Source: Podarcis erhardii (Eukaryota). Taken from it: a stretch of 64,000 bases of DNA. The notes under the pieces are model-generated. The model searched no databases and had not been told where the DNA came from. It was given only the letters and a program-made list of their open reading frames with translations. The stretch lies in assembly GCA_964252035.1 (NCBI GenBank), contig OZ176203.1; one strand, written 5' to 3'. The translations under genes and the position numbers were made by a program. This document shows positions 13,470-24,848 of this stretch, piece after piece (position 1 is the first letter of the stretch; every line of letters begins with the position of its first letter).

Positions 13470-14445
13470 AGAACGCAAGCAAATACTCATTTTAAACCTT
13501 CTTGATGCTAGTGATGAATCTGCGGCCCTCCAGTTATTCCTGGACCATCGCTCTCATAATTCCTGACAACTGGCCGTGCTGGAAGGGGTTGATGGAAGTC
13601 AGCATCCAGCAACATCTGAAGGGCCTCAGGTTCCACACTTCCTGCTGCAAGAGGAAGGAAAACAGATTGGGCAGGCAATGTACAATAGGGGGCGGGTGTT
13701 AGCACAACCTCATACTACCGTTTCTGCGCTCCAGATTTCTACTTTTTATTCTCGAAGCTGCTTTTAAAAAAATTGCATTGCAATTCTGATTTGCATCAAC
13801 CTCTGATGGTGCACCATATATGATATGGGCTTGATTGTGCAAAACAGTTTTTTAAAAAAGCAAGTCTATTATTACTTTTTTAAAAAAATCTGTTTGGGAC
13901 TCAACCACACATGTGAACATCAGATTAATGTCCCAGGTATTCTTTGTATCCCAGTCTACGTCTACTGATGTTATAGTATCTTGTCCAGGGCTGTTCAAAG
14001 AGTTTTGAATATGCCCTAATATGGGCCTCAAATGGTTATGTTACAAAAGATAATAACTTTTCTGTTAGCTGTTCTAGCATTGTTCTGATAAACTTAATAG
14101 CAGTTTCTTACATCTGGTGATGTAGGAACATAATTCCAGACTTCTAATCTTCTTAACCTATCAAAACAAAATGTGGTAAAGCTTTTCTACAGATATAGTG
14201 GGAGAAATCCAGTGGCCTAAAATTTTTCATTGTGAGGAGGTCAAGCACAGCAGCATCACTGCCACTTCCCCACTTACTTCAGAATTCCAGTGGGGTTTTC
14301 ACTTTCATCCATGGTACATAACCCTTTTCAGCCTAAGAACTGCATTACCTTCTGGGCAACCACATGCCAGAGAGAAGGGTGGGTGTGGCAGCTCATATAA
14401 CTTCTACCTTTGTACAGCAGACTAGTTTATACACACACTGATACG

Positions 14446-15753
14446 CAGCGGCGTAGCGTGGGTTGTCAGCACCCGGGGCAAGGGAAGTAATTTGCGCCCC
14501 CTAACCCGGGGCAAGGGAAGTAATTTGCGCCCCCTAACCCAGGGCAAGGCAAGTAATTTGCGCCCCACGCCGTGCCCCCCCCACCAAGCCTCTATATTCT
14601 TCGCTTGTCAGGCTTGGCTGCTGGCCCTCCGTGGCTGGCAACGGACTCAAGAGACTGGCCGTGGCGGCGCTGGAGGGCTGGTCTGGGGCCCGAGAGAAGC
14701 CTCGGAGAGTTCTCGCTGGGTTGACCTCGCAGCCTGGGCTACCCTGCGGGGCTGTTGTGAAAGGCGAAGGCGAGTGGCAGCGTGGCTTGCAGCGGAACAA
14801 AGGGCACGACCACGGCGCCGGGACGTGCCCTTTGCTTGTGCCCCTTTGCTGGGGAGGCTGAGAAGGGCGCCCCTTTGCTGCGCTCCCCCGGGAGGTCCCC
14901 CGGGAGCAGAGCCCGCTGCCTGCGCTGGCAAGGAGGATGAGCCCAGCTGGCAGGCCGGCCAGAGAGGAGCCTCGCAGGCAGCGAGTGGCTGGCTCCTTGC
15001 GGGCGGCGGCAGCGCAACTCCCTCCTGCCGCGAGAGGCGGGCAGCAGCCGGGCCTCGGACCTGCAGCCAGGAGCGCTGCCTCTTCCCGCGCCCCGAGGGC
15101 TCCCCGCGCCCAGCAACCCGGGGAAAGCGCCGCACTTCCACCACTGGCCCTGCTTCCACCACTGGCCCCTGAACCCCAAGGCTGAGGCTCATGGCGCGCA
15201 CCCCGGCTTGCAGCTCCTCCTCCGCCCTTCCAATGGGGCAGCGGCCCGCAGGGAAGAGCAGGCGCGCTCTCTGTCCCCAGCTGAAGCCGAGGGGGGCTTC
15301 TGGTAGCCCCGGGGTGGGAGGCGGAGGGGGGGTCGCTGGCTGCAGCCGCCTCGCCTCGCCTCCGTTCTCCTCTCAAATCAGACACAGACGGCTGCTGACA
15401 GCGAGGAGAAGCGGCAGGGGCGGAGAAGCGCAGCGTGGGCAGCGGGAGGCGGCTTGGGGGGGGCTCGCAAGAGAAGCGCGCCCTGCGGGACTGAACCAGG
15501 TTCCTCTCCCCGGCTCCCGCAAAGCGACGTGCCCGTCTTGTGCTCTCCGCAAAGGCGCCAGATCAAAGCGGCAAACGGTACAGATCCACACCACGCCCCC
15601 CGCGGAACAGTCGTGCCCTCCACATCACAGGCAGCTCAGAGTTAAACTCTGCGCCCGAGGCTCTTCGGCAACTCCGGAGGCGGCGAGTGCGCCCCCCCAG
15701 ATGTTGCGCCCGGTGCGGCCGGCCCCCCTTGCACCCCCCACGCTACGCCACTG
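14446..15753. mobile_element. non-autonomous hAT transposon, 1308 bp, GC/CpG-rich interior
   Basis: 17-bp TIR CAGCGGCGTAGCGTGGG / CCCACGCTACGCCACTG (1 mismatch); perfect 8-bp TSD CTGATACG at 14438-14445 and 15754-15761; no transposase motifs. Confidence 0.93.
14472..14566. repeat. 33-bp subterminal tandem repeat (about 2.9 copies) of the hAT element
   Basis: CCCGGGGCAAGGGAAGTAATTTGCGCCCCCTAA twice, plus a third near-copy. Confidence 0.95.
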
Positions 15754-18700
15754 CTGATACGTCCCTCTCTGTCATTTATCCAGTAGAGCAAGCGGTATTA
15801 TTAGAATTCAAGGATGCATTCCAGCTAGGCAAAAACACTTGGGCTGCAAGTGGCTCATGAGGGAGGTTGCCTGGGAATGGTTCCAAGGGCCAGATAGGCC
15901 GAGTCTTGAGGTTCACCCCTCTGACTTATATGAAGAGGTCAACATATGTGAAGCTGTGTGACACTTTTGTCAATCCAAAACTGAGAAGCGCTTAACCATC
16001 AAAGATTCTAAAACAAATTAATCACCTCTCATTTCCCGAGGACGGCAGCAAGATCAGCCTTGATCCCTCATTAAGGACATCAATGGATGTCCCTTCCTAT
16101 GTGTTCTGTCAACCCCGGCTGCACCTCTGTTGTCATGCGTTTTATCTATCATCTAGATTGGTCTCCAAGGTTGTTCCTTTCCCATCATGACCTAGGAGTT
16201 GCAGCTGACCAGTTCATGGATGGCCTGACTCTACTTGCCTTTTTCAAGTCATATGCCTATCCGGCTATAGTTAGATAGATACAAAAATTGTCTGAAATGT
16301 AAAAGACCCTTCAGACATTGGAAGATCTTCAAGCCCATTCTGTGGAATTTGTTTTGTATGTAGTTGCTATATTAACAGCTGTTAGCTCCTATGAGGTGTG
16401 ATAGGCATATGTGGTTGGATTTTCCCAAAGGGTTTCCACTGAAGTTTCTTAAGAGATTTAACATTTATTTTAAGAACACATCATTAGTCTGAAGGATAAA
16501 ATTAGGTGCATTCTGAGAATGTTAAATAATTTTCTTTATATAATGTAAAATAGACATTAGCATTGTTTGGATAATTTTAAATGGCCACATAATTTTTTTT
16601 GGGGGGGGGGCTTTCAAAATAGTGAAAAGATTTCTGAAAAGGTTAATAAGTACTACAGATTTTCAAATACAAGTTTCCCCCAATATTAGATTAAGCTCTG
16701 AGTAGAAGGGCATAGCACCCACTCTATAAGAGACATGATAAATTTCATGGCATTTCAACAAATTGTTTTCATGTACCAAGTAATTTTTTGTTATTTTGTT
16801 TCTCTTTGTACATTTTTTGTTGCATAGATTTGTCCATATGCCTATGGATTTCCTTTACGTCTTTTATAACACTGTTTTTTAAAGTGTTTTGTATTTAATC
16901 TAGAACAAATTAAATGTTGTGTATTTGATGTGGGATCTAGAATGTTTCTCCTTCCTGTTGTATACCAGTTAGAAATACTGATAAATACCTATGAGGAATA
17001 TAAATTGTATATGGCAGTGGTGAAATAAATTTGCTGTGTTTCACCCCATGTAGCCATTTTACGCCATATTTATAATTTATGCAAAGCAAATTGTATTCCA
17101 TAATGTTCTTCCTTTCTCTTTTGTTTTCTCTTTGTTTCCAAATCTGTACCCTTGTAGCTTGAAGAGGAGAGCAGCATCAGCTGGAATATTTCGTTCCATG
17201 TTGCAAGAGACAGGGCGAGTTGGCGGGAATGAAACCTTCTTTTCCATACAGTTGGCTTGAAATGCTGCATTTAAGAGGTATTGTTCCCCCCACCCACCTT
17301 TTCTGGAACTAAAAGTGAAAAGCTGCAAGCAAGCATTAGTGTTGCTGCCAAACCACCTGTTGATTCACAGCAGAAAATCCTTTTGGCAACTCATTTTTTA
17401 CCATATCCAGTTGGAGATAGATGAATAGCTGACATTTGTATACCTTCAGAACCTCTTAGCACCCTAAACCTCAGGTCCACAGCAAAATGTAATAGCTGTT
17501 CACCTGAAGAGAGATGGGTTCAAACTGAGATTAAATCAGGAACAAAAAGGGTTTGGCAGAATGAGACTATTCTGCCATTGACATTTGTCAGCTTCACGCA
17601 ATCACCTTATGAGATCTGGCGTGTCATTCAGAGTCTGTTTTTAAAAGACTAATTTCTGGGATGCTGCAAGACAGACTGAAATATGGCAGAGCTCTAACAA
17701 GAGCAATTACTAGAAATACTGAGGATGCACTGGTTTAAGAGCTATGACTCCCGAGGTGTACAGAGTAACACAAGCAAAAAAAACCACACAAAAAACAGGT
17801 CCCTGCCTTCAAAGTCCTTTTAGCAGTGAGGGAGATAACATGGACGTGGGAGCAGGAGACAAAAGAGGCAAGGATAACATAGAAAGTATAATGAGCTAAT
17901 GCACCTGCACATAGTTAATGTCAGATTCAGTAAGGAGTAAGAGTGAGATGGTTGACAATATACAGAAGTAAGAGTATGTTCTCCAACCAGAAACTAGTGT
18001 ATATAACAGTTTTGCTGGGCCAGCATAGTCTAGGTTAGAAGTGGAGCTTGAGAAATACTGGGCAGTGGTGGTGAGGGCATAGCAAGGGTTGGGCAGTGGC
18101 TTGAAATAAAGGTGATAAGTCTGCTTTGCTCTAACATATAAGCTAACCAACTGCATTTCATGGATTTTTTTTTATACATTCAATTTGTAATTCATATAAG
18201 GCTGTGTTGCTTTCAATTTTGAAATTTCAATATTACTGTGTCCTTGAGAGCAACCAGTATAATTTCCTTCAAGTTGATAAGGCCAGGAAAATTCTTTGTA
18301 CGAGGATGTTAGCCTCATGGGAATTGAATAAGTATTTTGACTGATCTTGTTGATGCTGTTCTGTCTAGAACCTGTATTTGTTGCAGCTCTGAGAAGTTTT
18401 TGATTTGTTTTTCCCCTGTCTCTGCCCTAATTAATTTTATGAGACTTCCCAATGGACATAATTTATATGACAAATGAATTATAGTAGCAGTCACTGATGT
18501 GGTATGAAACTCCTTGTTTATGGCAAATTTAATGTGCTCCTGCATTCTTTTCCTCTATAAACTCTGATCTACCAGTGATTATCTATACTCTTTCTCTTTG
18601 TACAGTTCCCACTTCCCTGCAATGTGTGATTTTTGTATCGGTTTTATCGTTACAGGGTAAAATACTGAAAACATAAAGCAATTATTCATTACCTCTGTAG

Positions 18701-19269
18701 CTTTTAGGTGGTTTCCCATACCTGAACCTGTTTTAAATAATGTTGTGAATTACACAGAAGCCTGCTGCCAGATCAAATCCTGTATCCAGTCTCCAGCTTA
18801 ATGCAGTACTAATGGGCAATAATCTTCTGTGTTAGCAAAACATTGATGACTAGTGTCAAAATACAGAGAGCACAAACATCTGTGGATGTTCTGTTTTGAA
18901 TGATGGCCTTAGAGGCAGGGCTTCAGGGGCACCCTAGACATCCGTGTGCAGGACTCATTCTGGAATCTCTTTAAAGGCAGAATTCCAGTGATAATCTAAC
19001 AGCAGTCATCCATAGTCTGAACCGTAAATAGAAACTGCAGCTGTATCCCATTAGGTAGCTCTGCCTTCTGCGAGAGAAGCCTCTTCATTTCCTGAAGAAA
19101 CTTTCCTCTCCCACTCTGAATTCCCTGCCTCATCCCCTGGAGAAGGGGAGTCAGACACCAGGGTCATTATGCTGAAGGGGAAATGCTAGAATGAGTTAGT
19201 ATACTGAGAAGGGACCCTGAGGCATGCCAGAAAACTTTTGTGTAGGGAGCAGGGGGTCCAGTTTGCAAA

Positions 19270-19419
19270 CATTCTTTGGAACCCAAACGTCTGATGTGGC
19301 TTCCAATTGGCTGCAGGAGCTTCTTGCAGCCAATCAGAAGCTGCGCCTTGGTTTCCAAACATTTTGGAAGTCGACTGGACTTCCGGAACGGATTCCTGTC
19401 AACTTCTGAGGTACCACTG
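19270..19419. mobile_element. partial TA-target (Tc1/mariner-pogo type) MITE, one end only
   Basis: Ends GAGGTACCACTG followed by TA; the interior is the reverse complement of blocks in 22406-23004. Confidence 0.7.
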
Positions 19420-22405
19420 TAATAAGTTTCCTGCGTCAGCAAGGGGTTGGACATGATGAATTCTGTGATTCTATGTTTTGTCTAGGTGATTCTATGTTCT
19501 GTCTTCATGTTGAGGCCCAAAGGGAGACAAAATTTGGCCTCAGGACAGGAGACATTTCTCACAGTATGCAGTCTCAAGCCCTATTTTTTCACCCAATGAT
19601 ATTTAGCCTGCCCCCTCACAACTTAATGGACCTATAAATGATTGGCTTTGAGCACATGAGTCCTTACACATCTGTGAGGCAAAGTCACCCCCCTTTTCAG
19701 CCTAGTAGAAGTTTCCTTAACGGCTTGGGCAGGGGGACCTCTCTTAAGGCCTACTGTTATTTTGAGAACCTGGAGTTTTTTGAGCATACTGGATGGATGC
19801 AGCCTACCAAAATCATCCTTTGAGCCCAAGGCAAGGGTCTGCAGTGGCTTTTGTTCACACTTTTAAGACCCCACTGCTGCACCCCATCTTCACATGCCAG
19901 GTGCACTCCAAATAAGAATGGCCACGGCGTCTCACACCATGGTTTGGCTATTGGGTCTAAGCCTGAGACTTGCAGATTCCCTTCTGTCCCTCTCTGTTTT
20001 CATCACTCATGTGCTCCTGTATCCTATTCAGTTTGGAGTAAAATGTGGTTGGTGTCATGAGTTCATTTGGGATTGGGTTTAGATTGGTAGCCTCTGACAC
20101 AGGAGGAAGAAGAAGAAATGGTGGGGGGACTGAATAGTAGGAATCTTGGTTGCAGGAGGGGTGATCTCCCCTTTCAGCTCTGACTTCAACCACTTAAGAA
20201 GGGGGGAAACCAGTGCCAGTTTCCGCTCTCCCAACTTTCCTGCAGAGTGGAAAGCCTCACAGAGAGCTTTGAGCAGCTGTGGGGGTGGGGAGGCAGAACT
20301 GGAGGTTGCAGCTGATGAACAGGTATCTGAACAGAAGGGTACAGTCTTGTAACCTAGGACCAGGCCCTGCCTTCACAGATGGGATCAGATCGACCCACCC
20401 TAAAGGAGCATGGGCTTGCAATCCTGACGTCACACAGGGCAAGCAAGTTTTGCAAGTGACTGCCCCACACCTCACCCTTATGAGCCTCTAGTTGTGTGTT
20501 TGTGGGAGGGAGAAACTTGCACTTTTCCTCCCAACCAGAATTGGAAACTCATTTCAAACACTGAAACAGTGTTTTGCTGTTTCAAGTGCAAGAGCAAACT
20601 CTATTTTGTCCAAACAAGGAAAGTGGGTAGCAAATCACATCATGTAATAAATTATTGATGCATAACATGGGAGGAGGGAGAACACATGCATGAAGATGAC
20701 AAAACCATAGTTTATGTTCCATGTGAACCAGTCCTGTATCTCTGTTTTCCATGGCTACTATTCTCTACTCTCTGATGCTTTGGAAAACTGACTCTCGGAA
20801 GCTGAATTATTTGTGTAGAATACATAAATATAAGGAAATTTGGTTACTGTGCACAATTTATTTGTAAGCGTAGCATTTTGACTTACTTGGTTGCAAAACA
20901 GGATTCTTATCTTTATAAAATCTAGAGTGCTGCTTCTGGTGTTGTAAACAAGAGTACAGTGGAATATAAGAGACAAAGAAGAAGAATTGGCTTAAGGGGC
21001 AAAGATATGGAGTAAAATATAAAGCTCTCTCTTTTTGGCTCTGAGAATGAACACATGATTAGATTAAGTCATTTTGCTGGAGCTGTCTGAAATATTTTAG
21101 CACCCATTCACAGCCTATGAAAATGGCTGAGAGCTTCACATTTCAAAAACACTAATAGCAAAATTAATCTGCCATTATACAAGTTTTGCCTTTATTTTTC
21201 AGTCTGAGGTTTGTTTCACATGGTTTTGTGGTGGAGTTCTTGTGGTTGTTGCTGCTTTGCTTTATGCTCCAAACATTAGTAATGACTGAAACTTTCATTG
21301 CTTGCAGTAAATACCAGATTACTCAGTCACACTGCAGCTTTTCAGGGTGTGCAGCAGCAAATTCTACAACATGAACATACTCCTCAGTAGAGGGCAAGCC
21401 TTTTCCAACTCTGTACTTTGCAGCTGAACTCATCTGTGCTAGACATTAACTCCAGTATATCCCTGAGTCTGGTCTGCAGTTCCTTGGCATTTCAGCTGTA
21501 AAAGGGGATATTACCTCTCTACCTCTCCATGTACATTTTGAGGCTTAATTAATGAATGTTTGCCAAGAGCCTCAAGCTCCTTGAATGAATGTCCCTATAT
21601 AAGGGCATAGAATTATTATTGCTGTTATTATTAACTGTATGCCTAAGACAATGGTGTTTGCACATGTAAGTAATTACAATGCACTTCAAGGCATTCTGTT
21701 TTGCAATGCTTTTCTCTCCATTTCCTGCAAATCAAATTACTGTGGGATAGATTTGATTTCCACATCATTTTGAAAATACTTTCTTTTTCTTTTTTTTAAT
21801 TTCCTTTGTATTAATTTTTTCAAAGTTCAAAATACAAGCATCCATGACTAAATGCTTGAAACTAAACAACCCTTCCCCCCCAAGCATAACAAAATTAAGA
21901 ACATCATAAGATGATATGCCGTTAAACAGTGTAAATCATACATAACAAACATGGCTGTAGCAATATATTTCATCCATATCTGAACCACTAATAAGAACTG
22001 TTTATTCAAATAAAAAAATAGCTGCTTCGTTGTTGTTTTTATTGCAAGTGAGGTGATGGAGGAAGAGAATCAGAAATTCATTTCTAACTGAAACGAAACA
22101 GTATAATGGCCCGGTTCTGATGCATGGCACAAGAGCAAATCAGCATACAGCAGATGCACTATCCCATAACATCATGAACAAAGGTTCAATGAACAGAAGA
22201 GTGGGCACAACATCTGTGTAGCAGGGCAATGAGAATGAAGTTGGAGGGAGTTGGACTCTATTTACCATTTACTGGTAGCAGTTCTGCACCTTTTACAACT
22301 TCTGCAGGGGCTCTGCTTACCCTACTATTAAGATGTTATAGAAGAGGCGTATTTTACTCGTATCTTGTCCCCTTCTGCCCACCACCTACCAACATCTGAG
22401 AAATA

Positions 22406-23004
22406 CAGTGGTACCTTGGTTCTCAAACTTAATCAGTTCCGGAAGTCTGTTCCAAAATCAAAGCGTTCCAAAACCAAGGCGCGCTTTCCCATAGAAAGTA
22501 ATGCAAAACGGATTAATCCGTTCCAGACTTTTGAAAACAACCCCTAAAGCAGCAATTTCACATGAATTTAACTATCTAACGAGACCATTGATCCATAAAA
22601 TGAAAGCAGTAATCAATGTACTGTACTATAAAATAAATAAGACAGTATTGTAGATGATAAAAATTAAAATTACATTTTTTCTCTTACCTTCACTGAGGAT
22701 AGTCATTGTTTGGATGGGGGGCTTTTATCCATTTCCACAGTCACAATCAATCAATCAGTAGCTGAACTGGGTTCCACACAGTCACAAAAACAATTAAACC
22801 AAAAAAGCCTCAAAACAAAAATGCAAAATAGCAAAAACGAAAGCGCCAAACTTAATCCATTCCGGAAGTCCGTTTGACTTCCGAAATGTTCAAAAACCAA
22901 GGCGCAGCTTTTGATTGGAGCAGGTGCCCCGGAAACAATAGCCGACAGCCACATCGGACATTCAACTTCCGGGTTTTTGGCGTTTGAGAACCAAGGTACC
23001 ACTG
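22406..23004. mobile_element. TA-target (Tc1/mariner-pogo type) MITE, 599 bp
   Basis: Perfect 23-bp TIR CAGTGGTACCTTGGTTCTCAAAC; TA on both flanks. Confidence 0.93.
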
Positions 23005-23778
23005 TACTGAATCCTGTGCAGAGACTTATGTTGACTCAGGCCACTTCTGTCCATGCTGCAGCTAAATATGATGGCCACAAGATAAACAAATGACCCTCCC
23101 CACTTGTTGAGGTAATCTAATGTTTCAGAATCTGCCACCCTCATCATTGTGGTTGGCAGTGATTTGGATCGTCCCCCTCTTCCCATGGTGCTCCCTTGAA
23201 GGATTGTCCATCCACCATATGCAGGCCTTGGGCAGCATCCCTGACCACTGGTCCTGCTAGCTAGGGATCATGGGAATTGTAGGCCAAAAACATCTGGAGG
23301 GCCGAGGTTGAGGAAGCCTAGTCAAGACTATACTATTTTATCAGGCGATTGTTGATGTGTGTGTGTTTTGCAGGGGAGGGGGGGTTGGCAGTTGTTCCTT
23401 CTTTTTTATTGTTCTATTTTTTAACTTTTGATTTGTTAACCATCCTGGGGGACTTTGAACAGAAAGACAGCTTATAAATGGTTTTTTTAAAATAGATTCT
23501 AAAGTATTTGCTTTTAAAAATTCCAAATCTCGCACTTAGATTTTTGATTTAATAATATTTCTATTACTGGTAATACTGATTCACTGATAAAGTCATATTA
23601 GTGACAAGCAAGCTCTTCTTGGCTTGACAGAGCTATGGATCGGTATTTATGAGCCATGTGGGAGATCAGTTGAGAAAATGTTTTAAGGGTTCTGACTGGA
23701 TCATAATATTTTTTGGGTGTGTGCATTTTCTTTCTCAGAACCATGCAGTTTTACTTCAGAATTTTTTTATCGAGGTTG

Positions 23779-24135
23779 TAGGGATGTGTGAGAAATTTGG
23801 CTTGGCTCGCATTTTAATACAGCTCTACCCAATTTACACTTCCTGAAACAATACATGAATTGAAAGACAGATATCCATTGAAATTTGTGATTTTCCACAT
23901 TTTGCAGTGTAGTTCTCCAGCCAGAAATGTGTATGTGTATATATATTAAGTGAAAATAACATACAAAACAGATTCTGTTATGGAAAATTGCTCATTAAAT
24001 TGTTTATATTAGGTAAGATGGCATACAAATTTGTTTATATTAGGAGAAATGAATACTCAAATGCAGATGAATTCTCATTAGGACTTTTTAAAAAATCACA
24101 GACTGTTGTGGAAGCATGAAAAACTGAAAACTCAA
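23779..24135. mobile_element. second degenerate copy of the 5143-5680 repeat family
   Basis: Shares the TAGGGATG.G.GAGAAA start and GCAGTGTAGTTCTCCAGCCA. Confidence 0.45.
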
Positions 24136-24614
24136 GAGCCAAGTCATTTTTCTGTAAATTATATGTGCAGTTCTAGTCAACTAAAGGAAATACCATTTTT
24201 TGTGGAGAGTAAGCAGTTAAAATAATCCGTTTCTGAGTCTGTGCCTATAAAGGCTGTGGCTTTGAGAGCCTAGTCTGATTAATGGGGGCTTCTGCAAGTG
24301 CAAAATTTGTGCATAAAGTTGCAATAATGTGGCCATTTGCATTTTGAGTAAAGTAAGAATTTTAGGGCATGGAATTTTCTTCATAATTGCAAACTGGGAC
24401 CAAGGAGTGGGGGGATACATTATTCCATCCCTATTATTTCCTACATTTGGAAGCATCAGTGTTTGACATTAAAACTGCCACCTTGACATGAGTCGACCGT
24501 AATGTTTTAATGTTGAGTGTGCATGTAACATAGGAGAACATTTGGTCCCAAGATCTGAAGTCATCAAAAATATTTATATTTATTCCATCAACCACCATCA
24601 TGAAATACAGACTA

Positions 24615-24848
24615 CAGTGGTACCTCGGGTTACAGACGCTTCAGGTTACAGACACTTCAAGTTACAGACTCTGCTAACCCAGAATTATTACCTTGGGTTA
24701 AGAACTTTGCTTCAGGATGAGAATAGAAATCGTGCTCCGGCGGCAGCGGTAGGCCCCATTAGCTAAAGTGGAACCTCAGGTTAAGAACAGTTTCAGGTTA
24801 AGAACAGTCCTCTAGAACGAATTAAGTTTTTAACCTGAGGTACCACTG
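24615..24848. mobile_element. TA-target MITE, 234 bp
   Basis: TIR CAGTGGTACCTCGGGTTA / TAACCTGAGGTACCACTG; TA flanks; internal GGTTA(C/A)(A)GA repeats. Confidence 0.92.

Noticed and set aside
13163-13566. ORFs in the supplied track spanning the first N run
   Set aside because: Artefacts of translating through the assembly gap.
14490-14540. CTCF sites in the hAT subterminal repeats (GCGCCCCCT)
   Set aside because: Only half of the CTCF core matches; the following bases (AACCC) disagree with the consensus.
14446-15753. CpG island as the promoter or first exon of a host gene, with ORFs of 146-283 aa
   Set aside because: The boundaries coincide with hAT TIRs and a perfect TSD; long ORFs in several frames on both strands are expected at this GC content and match no protein I recognise.
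20425-20432. Perfect CRE palindrome TGACGTCA
   Set aside because: A single 8-mer is expected about once per 64 kb by chance, and there is no supporting promoter context.
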